Source of the DNA: Prorocentrum cordatum
Taxonomy: Eukaryota
Assembly (NCBI GenBank): GCA_963575745.1
Contig: CAUYUJ010000114.1
Coordinates: forward strand, 1,426,001 to 1,490,000
Length of the DNA: 64,000 nt
Direction of reading: 5' to 3'
Shown here piece by piece: positions 13,260 to 25,618 of the stretch. The translations under genes were made by a program, and so were the position numbers. The notes beneath the pieces were generated by a model. The model worked only from the letters and a program-made list of their open reading frames with translations. It was not told the DNA's origin and did no database searches. Position 1 is the first letter of the stretch. Each line of letters opens with the position of its first letter.

Positions 13260-14390
13260 CGACCCACAGGACGGCGCGGACCCCACTCGTGGGAGGCTCA
13301 GGACCCCTAGGTTGGACGCCCAGGACGCCCCCCTGTGGGACGCCCAAGACTCCCCCCCGTGGAACGTCCAAGACGACACTCGTGGGACGACCAGGGCGCT
13401 CCCGCAGTACCCAGGACCCCCCCCGGTGGGACGCCAGGGACTCCCCAGCGGGACGCCCAGGACCGCCCCATGGGATGCACGGGATCCCCTCCGTGGGACG
13501 CCTACGGCCCCCCGGGGAACGCCGAGTACCTCCCGCGGGACGCCCGAGGACACCCCTGCGGGACGCTTGTAGGACGCCCATGCCCCCCCCCCCGTTAACC
13601 GCCCACGCCCAGGACGTCCCGCGTGGGACGCCCATCCCATCCCCCCCCCCCGTGGAACGCTCAGGGCGCCCCGGTGGGCGCCCCCATGATACGCTCAAAA
13701 CTCACTCGTGGGACGCCCAGTACCCCCCCCCCCGCGAGACGCTCCACGACGTGGAAGGCCCCCCCCCCCCCCTCGTGGAACGCCCAGAACGCCCCCCGTG
13801 GAACGCCCAGGACGCCCCCGTGGCACCCCCGCGTGGGGCGCCCAGGGCTGCACTCGTGCGACGCCCAGGACGCCCCCCGTAGAACGCAGGACGTCCAAGC
13901 TCCCACCCGCAGGACTCCACCTGGAACGCCGAAGACGCCTCCCGTGGGGCGCCCAGGACGCCCCCGTGGAACGGCAAGGGCCCCCCATGGAACGAACGCC
14001 CAGGACCCCCTGTGGAACGCTCAAGACCCCCCCGCGGGACGCCCCCCCACCCCCACCCCACACGGCCCAGGACTCCCCCCTTGAGAGCTCGCGACCTCCA
14101 CCCGTGTGACGCCAAGGACCCAACCGTTGGACGCCCAGTTCGCCTCCGCGCGCGGGAAGCCCAGGACTCCCCCGTTGGACGCCCAGGACGCCCCCGTGCG
14201 GGCCCCACTCGTGGGACGCCCAGGACCCCACAGGGAACAGCGCCCCCCCTCCCCCGCGGGACGCCATGGACCCCCGCGCAGGACGCCCGGGACTCCCAAG
14301 CGGGACGCCCAGCCCCCCCCCCCCCCCCCCCGTGGGACCCCGCGTGGAAGGCCTGCCCACCCACCGCCCGTGGGACGCCTGGGACCCTCG
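13260..14390. repeat. GG(G/A)ACGCCCAGGAC(C)n minisatellite, ~20-25 bp unit
   Basis: Dozens of degenerate gtgggacgcccaggac units. Confidence 0.9.
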
Positions 14391-14524
14391 GTAGCTCGAG
14401 CCCCCCCGCCCCCACCCACCCTCATTACGCTGACCCCCTCTGGACGGCCGACGGCAGCGGCGACGAACGCCAGTCCAGGGGCAACGGGCTGCTCCTCCAA
14501 TGTTTCTGTTTCGGCTCCTATTTA

Positions 14525-14563
<39 letters not shown>

Positions 14564-14829
14564 ACCTGCTGCACCTGCTGCACCTGCTGCACCTCCTCCT
14601 CCTCCTCCTCCTCCTCCTCCTCCTCCTTCTCCTGCTCCACCTCCTGTTCCTCCCCTCCCCCTCCTCCTCCTCCTCCTCCTCTCCTCCTCCTCCGCCTCCT
14701 CATCCTCCTCCTCCTCCTCCTCCTCCTCCTCCTCCTCCGCCTCCTCCTCCTCCTCCTCCTACTCCGCCTCCTCCTCCTCCTCCTCCCCCTCCTCCCTCTC
14801 CTCCCAGCATGCACCCGACGCTTAGGCAA

Positions 14830-15591
14830 GCTGGCCTCGGCATCGCTGGTCTGCGAGATCTGAAGACTGAAGAGCTCGGCCTCATGGTGGCGGGTCCGCT
14901 CGCGGAAGGGTGCAGTCAGTGCCCAGAGGCGAGTTGCGGGCTCTTGACAGGGGCCCCAAGGGCCCGACTGTGTACGTCACAGATAATGAAGCAGTGCAGC
15001 AGGGTTGTCACGACCAGCTCTGATAGCATCCAGTGTGAAGTAGGCAGGCAATTCGAGTCCAGGCGTCCTTCCGAATGTGTAGTGTTAAAGGCACCCTCCC
15101 ACCTTTCGGCTGAAGATGTAGCTCGAGGAAGGATCGAGTCATGGCTGCTGCTTGTCAATGCGGTTGCAGATGCCCTTGCAACAAAAATGGCGTTGAGATT
15201 TCGGGTTCCTCTGGCCAACCGTGCAGTCACAGCTGACGTTGAGGGCGGTGCAGGACTTGTTAAGCACGGTCTCTCGAGAGCCACCCGCGAAGCGGCAGAA
15301 GCCGACAAGAATTCCCAACGTGAAGTCAGGATTTCTGGGCAAGCCGCCCCTGCTACTCCTGCGGCGGCCGCCGCTCCTGTCCCTCCGCCGCCCCCTCGCG
15401 CCGCCGTGGCTCGGTGTGCCACAGCACATACCCTCAGCGACTGCGGTCCGCAGGGCTACACTTGCCGCAGCAGTGGCGCTCAGGGGACCGTGCGTGAGCG
15501 CTTAGACTCCAGCTGCTTCCAGCTTGAAGGGGTCGACGCCAGAGTATCACGTAGGCCTCGGGGTTCGATGCTGCATCTTGATGGAGGGTGA
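14830..15591 (+). mobile_element. 5'-truncated non-LTR retrotransposon fragment (RNase H-like domain)
   Basis: VVLKAPSHL...LLLVNAVADALA fits the RNase HI C-terminal K-V-x-x-H...GN-x-x-AD-x-LA pattern and resembles FEWVPSHL...GNAWADHFA at ~53830-53920. Confidence 0.65.
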
Positions 15592-18469
15592 GCTCACAAG
15601 TCTCACATCGCGTTACTCATTTTGGTTTTGGGCTCCGCCTGGGATCCTCCCAGGACGCCCGCAGGACGACAAACGAAAGACAACGCAGCATCAGGCAGAG
15701 AGCCTAGCCTGGCGCGCGCGCACGCGGGGGCCTCGCGCGCCGCACCAGCGCACGCGCGGCAGAACTCGGGGCCCGTACCGAACCGCCGCACCCGCACGCA
15801 ATCACGGCAACACTCTTGACCGGCTCGCCCAGGAGAAAGTACACTAGCAGGCTCGCGACCAGCAGCAGGCGCAGCAAGGACGTCGGCGCCACGCTCTGGA
15901 GGCCCAGGTGCAGCAGCAACGTGGCGAACATCTTCAAGGGGAATCTGGGCGGCGCGACCGACACCGACCTGGAGACTCTACGAGAGGAGCAGCTTCATCA
16001 AGAGCAGCTTCGTCAACAGCAAGTGCTGCACTCGGTGTCTGGATCTGCAGGGCTTGCGGTGTTTATCCCCAGCTAACCTACAAGCGGGGCTCAGGCTAGA
16101 GTAAAAGCGTTCCCTGAGCGATGCTAGGAGGGAGTACCTGAATCGTTTCGACAAGGATCTTTCCCCCAAGGCTTCGGGCAAGGCCGAACAGTCTACTCGG
16201 GTCCTGAGGGCGAGGTTGGTTTATTGACACCGTCATGTAGCTATTCCTATTCCCATTTCTCCTCCTCCTCCTCCTCCTCCTCCTCCTCTCTCCTCTTCCT
16301 CCTCCTCCTGCCTCCTCCTCCTCCTCCTCCTCCTCCTCCTCCACCTCATCCTCCACCTGCTCAACATGTTCCCTCCTCCTCCTCCTCCTCCTCCTCCTCC
16401 TCCTCTCCTCCTCCTGCTCCTCCTGCTCCTCCTGCTCATCCTGCTCATCCTCATCCTCCTGCTCCTCCTCCTGCTCCTCCTCCTGCTCCTCCTCCTGCTC
16501 CTCCTCCTCCTCCTCTCCTCCTCCTCCTCCTCCCTCCTCCTCCTCTTCCTCCTCCTCCTCCTCCTCCTCCTCCGCCTCGTCTGGCTGAGCCGGCGCGCGC
16601 GGCGGAGCCTGGTGAGGCTCAGTGGGGCCCACTGGGCCCAGTGGGGTACCGTGGGGCCCAGTGGGGACTGGTGCCGGGCCCGGACGGGCCCAGAGGGGCC
16701 CGAACGGGACCGGCTGAACTGGCCCGAACGACAGCAGCCGAGCCGGCCCGAACGGGCCCGCCGTCGAAACCGAACTGGCGCAACCGGACGGCCCCGCCGC
16801 CGAACTGGCCCGAGCCGGCCCAAACCGAACGCTTCCTACCTGTGTGAGCGTATCAAGCACCATTGTCCCCCTCGTTGTCCCTGGGCACTAATACCACGAA
16901 CTCCCAACACCCATAAAAGTAATTTAAATGACGAATTTCATTCAGTACGCTTAAGTTGAGGAATGGCTTGCGAGTTTGCGAGCTAATGGGCTCATTGCAA
17001 GTGAAAAAGTAGCACTATCGGACTTCCACATCCCAGAGATTGAAACGTGGCAAGCATGACACCAGACACACCCAGGCACCCCCAAAATGGTTCAACCGAA
17101 ACCTATTCGGGAAAGCTCGGTAGAACCATCGCGCCCAAACCGGCTCTGCGACCCCCAGCGGGACCCCAACGGGCTCCCTGAATCCCACATCAGAAGACGC
17201 CGAGAAGGGCCCCCAACAAGCCTCCCATACGAAGGAAGAGGGGGAGGAGGAAGAGGCTGCGGACAAGGGGGGGGAGAGCCAGCCCCGCGCACAGTCAGAC
17301 GAGGCACAAAAAAATCGGACGGACCTCTCATCGAGAAACCAGAAACAGCAAAACCATGAGTCCTCCGAAGTCCGCCCGGGTTTCCTGGATCGGCGCTGGA
17401 CCCCCCTCCCTGTCGCGCAGAGCTCGCCCGGGGCTGGCTCCTGCGGGCGGCCCCAGCTGATGGGCAAGTTTTCCACCACCACTACGAGATGAATGCCAGG
17501 GGAGAAGGGAGGATGAGGAGAGGTCCTCCTCCTCCTCCTCCTCCTCCTCCTCCTCCTCCTCCTCCTCTCCTCCTCCTCCTCCCTCCTCCTCCTCCTCCTC
17601 CTCCTCCTCCTCCTCCTCCTCCTCCGCCTCCTCCTCCTCCTCCTCCTACAGATGGTAACGGTGGTGGAAAATGGGCCCACCACTGGCGGCTTGACTGCGG
17701 CAGGTTCGCGCGGCGTCGGCGCGCGAGGAGGTTTCTGACACCGACACCGCGTCGGTCGTTCAACCGGCGGCGAGCGAGACGGGGGGGAGCCTTCCGAGAG
17801 GTCGAGGAAGTAAGAGTGCCCATGCCGATGCTCCCCGGGCATCTCATGGGGTGCGCTCTTCGGGCGAATCTGGCCACATGGCGACGGGCGCCCCCCCAGG
17901 AGGCCCACAACATGCGAGACCGACGGGGAGGGCATCGGTGTCGGTAATCCTCTCTCTCTCGGCGGCGAGCGAGGGGGGGAATAGAGAGAAGGAGAAGGCC
18001 TTCTCGGAAGGCGGCGGGGCTTCTCGGAGGCCCTCGCGCCCTGCTGAGGGGCTTTCGGCGTCTTCGGGTGATGGATCGTGTTTCGCGCTTCGGTCTTGTC
18101 TTAGCAGGAGGAGGAGGAGGAGGAGGAGGAGGAGGAGGAGGAGGAGGAGGAGGAGGAGGATTAGGGAACTCATCAGAAGGCCGGGGGACTCCCGAGCCTT
18201 CCGAGAAAAGGCCCGCCCGCTCTCACTGCCCCCCCCAAGGCGCGCCGCCGATCGCGGCCCCACGCGTTTGAAGGGGCCCTGGGACACACAAATAAATACA
18301 CACAAATAAAAGGATTCCCTGTATTACCTAACAGCGAAGACTGATAGATTTCTAGTGGTGTCAAAAGAGAGCATCATGACTCCTCAGGGGGTCGGGGCGG
18401 GACCCGGGGCGGCTGCCGCCGAAGCCCAAATCGCCTGGGACATCCTCGCAGAATCGCTCTTGGCGCTGC

Positions 18470-18800
18470 TAGAACTCCATTCCCGGCGTACATTTTGGAT
18501 GCCCGGAGCCAACTGTAAGCCACTTCGTGCTCTTCGAGTTCCCAGAACTCCATTCCCGGCGTGCATTTTGGATGCCTGGAGCCAACTGTAGGCCACTTCG
18601 TGCTCTTCGAGTTCCCAGAACTCCATTCCCGGGCCACATTTTGGATGCCCGGAGCCAACTGTAGGCCACTTCGTGGTCTTCGACTTCCCAGAACTTCATT
18701 CCCGGGCCACATTTTGAATGCCCGGAGCCAACTGTAGGCCACTTCGTGGTCTTCGACTTCCCAGAACTCCATTCCCGGGCCACATTTTGAATGCCTGGAG
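18470..18800. repeat. 73-bp tandem repeat, ~4.5 copies
   Basis: agaact(c/t)cattcccgg at 18471, 18544, 18617, 18690 and 18763. Confidence 0.92.
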
Positions 18801-19355
18801 GCTGAGGCACTGAGGCTGAGGCTGAGGCTGAGGCTGAGGCAGGCTGAGGCTGAGGCTGAGGCAGGCTGAGGCTGAGGCTGAGGCTGAGGCTGAGGCTGAG
18901 GCTGAGGCAGGCTGAGGCTGAGGCAGGCTGAGGCTGAGGCCGAGGCTGAAGGCAGACTGAGGCTGAGGCTGAAGCAGGCTGAGGCTGAGGCTGAGGCTGA
19001 GGCAGGCTGAGGCTGAGGCTGAGGCAGGCTGATGCTGAGGCAGGCTGAGGCTGAGGCTGAGGCTGCAGGCTGAGGCTGAGGCTGAGGCCGAGGCTGAGGC
19101 TGAGCTGAGGCTGAGCAGGCTGAGGCTGAGGCTGAGGCAGGCTGAGGCTGAGGCTGAGGCAGGCTGAGGAGGCAGGCTGAGGCTGAGGCTGAGGCTGATG
19201 CAGGCTGAGGCTGAGGCAGGCTGAGGCTGAGGCTGAGGCTGAAGGCAGACTGAGGCTGAGGCTGAAGCAGGCTGAGGTTGAGGCTGAGGCAGGCTGAGGC
19301 AGGCTGAGGCTGAGAGTGAGGCAGGCTGATACTCAGGCAGGCTGAGGCTGAGGCT
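18800..19355. repeat. (GGCTGA)n microsatellite with GCAG interruptions
   Basis: Direct reading. Confidence 0.95.
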
Positions 19356-20634
19356 GTGATTGCGAATGCCGTTGCCACTGCGACTGTCGTCGCGAATGCT
19401 GCGACTGTGAGAACAGCAGAATTCTACAACTGGATTCTGATCTGAATCTTAAGGAGAATGCTTCCAGATATGCTTCTACACATCGCTGTTAGGTTACTTT
19501 GCCGGGATAATTTTCATATTTTTTCTGGGTTTCTGTCTCCCCCCGCCACTTCCCATATTTTCCCATATTTTCTGGGGAGTCGACGATTAATTGTGTCTGT
19601 GTGTTTCCTTCCCTCCTGAGCGTTGAAGGCTGAACTCCGTCGGGCCCACTGGCTTCTGCGTCGCAGAATCCCACCTGGAACGCCTTCGCCGGAGGTCACC
19701 AGCGCGCCAACTCCGCGCGAGGCTGCCTACCAGAGCACCCCAACCGATAACCCGAAGACCCGAATTTCGGGGTTGGGGCCGGGGCTACGGGTGCCACATG
19801 TGGGCGACGGAAAACAAAACAGGTCTCGCGAGACATGGCGCAGCGACCTCGCGCGGTGGCTTTTTCCGCCGGGCCGCCGGCGCGGAACGCCAACAGTGGC
19901 AACGAGGGCGCCCGCGCGCGACCAGGCGCGGGGAACCCGCGCGCCGGTGCCGGCGCGGACGTCCCCCCCCCCCGCTAAAACAAGGCTATAGGAGCGGGAT
20001 AAATCGCCCCAGAGCGTCCCGGAGCGCTCTCAGAGCGTTCCGGAACGCTCTGGAGCGGCCGCGGCGCCCAATACATCCTCCAAACCCGCCGATTCTCAGA
20101 GATTTCGAGCTATCCCGATCCGATTTTGTCCCGATCTTCGCGTCGTTTGACCCGCACTGGGCATATCGAAGGCAAAACGGTGCCTCAGGGTCGGCTTCGG
20201 GGTGGCTGGGCGGGCGGTGACGGCCGCAGTCAGGGCCCGCACGCCCCCGCAGAGCCGGTCCTCCTCCTCCTCCTCCTCCTCCTCCTCCTCCTCCTCCTCC
20301 TCCTCCTCCTCCTCCTCCTCCTCCTCCCTTCCGCCAGGACCAGCTCGTCGCCCTGGGTCGCTCTCAGGCCGTCGAGCCCGTGGAGGGCCCCGGGCAGCCG
20401 CTGGCGGCGAAGAGTCTCGAGGACTCGTTTCCCTCAGGGCACCCTGCCTTCATTGTCTTGTCTTGTCTTAGCAGGAGGAGGAGGAGGAGGAGGAGGAGGA
20501 GGAGGAGGAGGAGGAGGAGGAGGATTAGGGAACTCCTCGGAAGGCCCGGGGAACCCCCGAGCCTTCCGAGAAAAGGCCCGCCCGCTCTCACTGCCCCCCC
20601 CCAAGGCGCGCCGCCGATCGTGGCCCCAAGCGTT

Positions 20635-20797
20635 TGAAGGGGCCCTGGGACACACAAATAAATACACACAAATAAAAGGATTCCCTATATGTTCCTATAT
20701 TTTCTGGGTTTCTGTCTCCCCCGCCACTTCCCATATTTTCCCATATCTTCTGGGGGATGGAGGATTAATTGTGTCTGTGTGTTTCTTTCCCTCCTGA
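20635..20797 (-). mobile_element. Family B element within a local duplication
   Basis: The ~175 bp preceding it on the plus strand match ~18093-18268. Confidence 0.8.
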
Positions 20798-21092
20798 TTC
20801 ATGGCGAGCCCAGCAGGAGGACGAGCGCTGCCCCGTGCGCCGCGTTCCGCCGTCACTGCAGGGGAAGAGAGAGCGGGGGCCATGACCAAGACTGCACGCG
20901 GAAACGTCGTGTCCATCTTGGTCGCCGTCCCTCTTGGTCGGCAGAAACTCGTGGATCATCCTCGGGGATCGGCGACAGCCGGCATGGACCATGACCAAGA
21001 TCGGCGTCGACAAAATCCCGCGACATCTCGGCCATGGTCAGAATATTTTTTCTTTCCAGCCACCGCCGGGCCCCGCCAGTGCCCCGCCCAAG

Positions 21093-21457
21093 TCAGAGCT
21101 CCACCCTGCCCACGCTGGGCGCGAACGCGCTGCTCAGCACGCGGACATCCTGGTTCGCGCAGCAGAGCTTCGCGGCATGCCCGGAGGCGGAGCCCGTCAG
21201 CCAAAGCTGCCGCTGCCTCCTGAAGCCGCACCAGCCGGCGCTCGTGATGCTCCACTCCTCGTCGGAGTAGCCCGCGACCACGGTTCTACCCCAGCCGTGT
21301 GTGTACTTCACGCCCGCGAGCTCGAACGTCCAGGTCCCGCGCGGACCGGCGGGCTTCCGCGCCCCCAGGGCGTCGCCGCCGCCGAGCTTCCGGGCCTCGA
21401 AGAACAGCGTCGTGTTCAGGGGCCGCTTCGGCTCCGAGCTCTCGTCGTACAGCATCG
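21093..21457 (-). CDS. Tandem methyltransferase-domain gene, last exon (..MLYDESSEPKRPLNTTLFFEARK...GRVEL*)
   Basis: TLFFEARK parallels SLFVDATK of repeat 1; GAG| acceptor next to the TIR; frame consistent with the previous exon. Confidence 0.8.
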
Positions 21458-21458
21458 C

Positions 21459-22724
21459 TCGGGAGTTGCTAGAAGTGCCCCTGGCCCAAGGTGCCCCCAG
21501 GACTTCTAAGGAGGCCCCCACGGCCTCCAGAGCACCCCTCACGAGGCCCAGAGGGCCCCAGGGGCTCCAATATCCCACCAGCCCTCAGGGCGCAGGTGGT
21601 CTAATGATGTCATTATTTCCTCTTCCAAGGAACCCTTCTACCCCTTCCCCCTACCCCCTCCGCTGGACCTGGACGGGAGGGGCCGCTAGTCGTTGGAGCG
21701 TCCAAGATCGTCCGGCCAATGTTTGACACCCGTCACGAGGATCGTGGCCCCCAAGGGGTGCGCCTCGATCGGGACCCTCCCTCCTTTGATCGATGGCCTC
21801 GAAGATGGCCCCAAGAGGCGCTCCAGGGCTCCCAAGAGAGCCCCAAGAGAGCCCCAAGAGGGCTCCAATAGGGTCCCAGAGGGCCCCAAGAGGCACTCGA
21901 AAGGCCCCCAAGAGGCCCCCGAGCGGCCTTAGAGAGCCCAAGGTGACCTCCAAGATGGTTCAGAAAGCCCAAGCTGGCTCAAGTTGGCTCCCAAGATGCT
22001 CCAAACGGCCCCAAGACCGCTCCAAGAGTACCCAAGAGCGCTCCAAGAGAGCCCCGAGAAGCGGTTTGCTGGCTCCTGAGGGGGGAGCTGAGTTGGGGAC
22101 CCCCCCGTTCTTTAATCGATGGCCTCCAAAAAGATCCCAAGAAGCCTTCCAGGGTTACCAAGAGGGTTCCAAGAGGGCTCAAAAAACTCCCAGAGAGCAC
22201 CAGCAGCAGCAGCAGCCGCAAGGATACCTCTAGATGGTTGCATGAGTCCTCGTCCGTGTCGTCCTCATCCGCGTCCTCGTCCTCCTCGTCCTCGTCCTCA
22301 TCCGCGTCCTCGTCCTCCTCGTCCTCCTCGTCCTCATCCTCCTCCTCCTCTTCCTCCTCCTCCTCCTCCCTCCCCCCCACGCGGCACCCGGGGATGGCCC
22401 GAAGAGGCCTTCCAAGGCCACCCCCTTGCTCGCTTTGTTTCCCTAGATGTGTCTCTTCGTCCCTTTTCCCGTCAGCTCTGAAGGGCAGGGTTTCTGAACG
22501 GGCCGGTGGGGATACTTGTTCGGTCGCGGCCGCGAGACAAGGGTCAGGCGGCGAAAGCAAAGTCCGGGGCACGAACGAGGCTAATTAGCTACAACAGGCA
22601 CAGGCCGGCCGGCCCGCTCACAAAGCAGCCACGAAGCTGAAGCCGGTGGGGATACGCGAAGCGTGAAGAATTGAGCGGAAAGCTGGGGGCATCTTGGGCC
22701 AGCGGCACCTTTAGCAACCCCCGA
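21459..22724 (-). mobile_element. Introner-like element (family G) forming the last intron, enlarged by nested repeats
   Basis: ~42-bp TIR tcgggagttgctagaagtgcccctggcccaaggtgcccccag; 5-bp direct repeat ACGAT/GCGAT; compact relative at ~29458-29596. Confidence 0.85.
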
Positions 22725-22728
22725 ATCG

Positions 22729-22897
22729 TGGTCGACGAGCCGCTGAACAGATCCACGAACGCGAGCTCCGCGGAGCCGCTCTCACCGAAGCCGCGCAGCG
22801 CCACCTCGCGCGGATCGAAGCCCGCCTGGACCAGTGCGGCACGCAGGAGCCCAGCGTCGAAGCCGGAGCGGTGCTCAGCCGACAGCATGCCCCAGGC
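22729..22897 (-). CDS. Methyltransferase gene exon (AWGMLSAEHRSGFDAGLLRAALVQAGF...VDLFS); donor position uncertain (22729-22741)
   Basis: Clear paralogue of VWGLMSDGPQMGYDAGLLRDVLVQAGF in repeat 1; AAG|G acceptor. Confidence 0.85.
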
Positions 22898-23022
22898 CTT
22901 AGACGATGTTGAAAACGCCGAGGGCACATGTATCTGTCTTGAAGATCTGCTCTTTCACACGTTCTTAGACATCGCACCGCCGCCTGCCGAACGCCCACTT
23001 TATGTGGTACCGCTAGGCAGTT

Positions 23023-23071
<49 letters not shown>

Positions 23072-23384
23072 CCATTTTAAGGCTGTACGCTCTTACCTGC
23101 CCGCGAGTCATTCAACACGTATACCCTACACCCTCGATACCCGCCCTCTTCGTCTTCGATCACACCCCTTTCGGGGGGATTATTTCTCTTTGCTGGGGCC
23201 GGCGGGCTTAGACGTACGGGCAAACCGGAACGGGCGGACAATCCTTCGGGGGCGTACATCTCTCTGCCCGCCATTGGAATTGGCGCGGGCCCTGCAAGAG
23301 GAGGAGGGGAAGAACGAGGGAGAGTGGGAGGAAGGGGAGGGGGAAGGACGAAGGAAGAGGGAAGATACCACGTTGTGAAGGCGT

Positions 23385-23870
23385 CCTTGGCGCGTGCGTG
23401 GTTCCTGAGCGCCGAAACGCAATTCCAGAATAATTTGTGAGGACGTCGCACGCGAGAGCGCAGTCCTGAGTACATTGTGAGGAAATCTCAAGCGGAAGCG
23501 GGGGCCCTGACTAAGTTGCGAGGAAGTCTCAAGCGGGAGCGCCGTTCCTGAGCAAATTGCACGGAAGTCTCAGGCGGGAGCGGGGGTCCTCACTAAATTG
23601 CGAGGAAGTCTCAGGCGGGAGCGCCGTTCCTGAGTCAATTGCGCGGAAATGTCAGGCAGGAGCGGGGGTCCTGAGTAAAATTCGAAGAAGTCTCAGGCGG
23701 GAGCGCCGTTCCCACGTAAATTGCACGGAAGTCTCAGGCGGGAGCGGGGGTCTTGATTACATTGCGAGGAAGTCTCAGACGGGAGCGCCTTTCCTGAGCA
23801 AATTGCGCGGAAGTCTCAGGCGGGAGCGGGGGTCCTGAGTAAAAATCGAGGAAGTCTCAGGCGGGAGCCG
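23385..23870. repeat. ~40-bp minisatellite (alternating ~79-bp dimer)
   Basis: aattgc..ggaagtctcaggcgggagcg(ccgtt/ggggt)cctgag repeated about 12 times. Confidence 0.9.
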
Positions 23871-24031
23871 TTGTTGTTGTAGCCCGGGGGGCAGGGGCAC
23901 AGTTTGAGCAGGAAGACTTTCCTTGAGAAAAAACCAGGTGCGAGCCCCGGGGGTGGCACTTCAATCGAAAAAAATCAATGTGCACCGGTGGGGGGGGATC
24001 AACAATAATTATTCTTCAAGAATGAGAGTTC

Positions 24032-24064
<33 letters not shown>

Positions 24065-24821
24065 CACTTTACCCGAACGCTCAGTGTTCTCACCAGTGCC
24101 AGGGTTTTCATAGGAGGCGGGCAATACCCCCACTTTGTGGGGGGGCCGTTCAAGCTCTACCAAATTTCCAACGACTCTTCGCCACCACCCACACCCAGCT
24201 TCCCGCCCTATGACGTTCGGACACTTCACTTCGTGGCATGCGGACGACCGTGGCTACTATTCAGGGCCCCGCGGCCGACGACGACGGCGTGCGCGCGCGA
24301 AGAAAAAACGAATGTGTCCCGCATGGTATTATTTGACAGGGATGATGGCCCTGGCAGGTGCGCAACCGTTGTCGCAGAAGTTCGAAAAAGTTGCTCGCAA
24401 AAGCCCGTTTGACAGAAATGTTTAAAAAGTGTTGGGTTTCCTACGAATCCGCAAGAGCGCGCGGGATGAGATTTTGACATTTTTTTGTTGAAAAACCATT
24501 GGTTTTTTGATGTTTTTATGTTAAAATCGCTCCGAACACTAAGCTTTTGGAAGGATTTCGTCTTGCGCGCGCGAATGTCCACTTTACCTTATTTTTTGCA
24601 AGGGATTCTTGAAATTTGATTATATTAGAACAAGAAATGTCATTTTATAGTGTTTTTTGCAAGGGAAAGCGGGGGGGAACAAAACAACCGGATCTTGATC
24701 ACATCGAATTACCTGAGGCTTCCTCACGAAAATGATGAAAATGTAGCTGCGGCCTAGGCGGCGCAGGGGGGCCGTGCACCAGGGGTCCCAACAATAATTA
24801 TTCTTTAGAATTAATAATGTT

Positions 24822-24827
24822 CAACAA

Positions 24828-24864
<37 letters not shown>

Positions 24865-24868
24865 AACA

Positions 24869-24899
<31 letters not shown>

Positions 24900-24932
24900 C
24901 AACGACAACGACAACAAGTACAACAACAACAA

Positions 24933-24977
<45 letters not shown>

Positions 24978-25159
24978 GCACAACAACAACCACAAAAACA
25001 CCATCAACCAGCAGCAACAACAACAACAACAACTGCAACAGCAGCAACACCACCACCACCAACAACAACAACAAGCACAACAACAACCACAAAAACACCA
25101 TCAACCACAGCAACAACAACAACAACTGCAACAGCAGCAACACCACCACCACCACCACC

Positions 25160-25251
<92 letters not shown>

Positions 25252-25296
25252 CGACGACGACGACGACGACGACGACGACAACCACAACAACAACAA
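24822..25296. repeat. Compound (AAC)/(GAC)/(CAC)n microsatellite
   Basis: Direct reading. Confidence 0.97.
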
Positions 25297-25349
25297 TTTT
25301 GAGTCAAGAGCAAGCAAAGTTGAGGGGGGCAAAACACTGAGCTCCAGGC

Positions 25350-25380
25350 CCCCTTCGCCCCGAAGAAGTCCAGCACGTAC
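25350..25380 (-). CDS. 31-nt micro-exon of the methyltransferase gene (YVLDFFGAKG)
   Basis: TAG|G acceptor and G|GC donor; aligns without gaps to LTLSVLGGGG of repeat 1. Confidence 0.8.
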
Positions 25381-25381
25381 C

Positions 25382-25614
25382 TAGAGGCCTCTTTGTTGGG
25401 TCGGAATAGACGGGGTCGGAGGATCGCGCCACATCGCCGATACATCGGCGATGCATCGACGTTGCACCGGCGATGCACCAGCGATGCATCGTCAACGTAG
25501 GTGATGCATCGGCGACGTCGACGCGAAGCAAAGCGGCCGCATCGCGCCGCGGCGCCGACGCATCGGCGATGCGGCGCGATCCTCCGCCCTCCGACACCAC
25601 CTGGGAGGCCCAGA
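25382..25614 (-). mobile_element. Introner-like element (family F); GT-AG intron 25381-25618
   Basis: GGTAC 5-bp TSD; imperfect TIRs (ggcctc...gtcgga..ggaggatcgcgcc); relatives at ~4096-4224 and ~27964-28188. Confidence 0.88.
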
Positions 25615-25618
25615 GTAC

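Larger units (their letters stand above)
18327..19493. mobile_element. Non-autonomous TIR element with TTA TSD (PIF/Harbinger-like)
   Basis: tta|cctaacagcga ... tcgctgttagg|tta (11-bp perfect TIR). Confidence 0.8.
18269..19619 (-). mobile_element. Family B element split by a nested 1.17-kb insertion
   Basis: 5' and 3' halves of family B enclosed by a perfect gcgtt/gcgtt TSD. Confidence 0.8.
22899..25340 (-). mobile_element. Intron body bounded by a 10-bp direct repeat (GC-AG intron 22898-25349)
   Basis: GGCCTGG(A/G)GC on both sides; body TCAG...CTAA; filled with minisatellite and (AAC)n tracts. Confidence 0.65.

Noticed and set aside
18800..19355. Telomere-like hexamer array
   Set aside because: GGCTGA is not the TTTAGGG-type repeat and sits inside a TIR element
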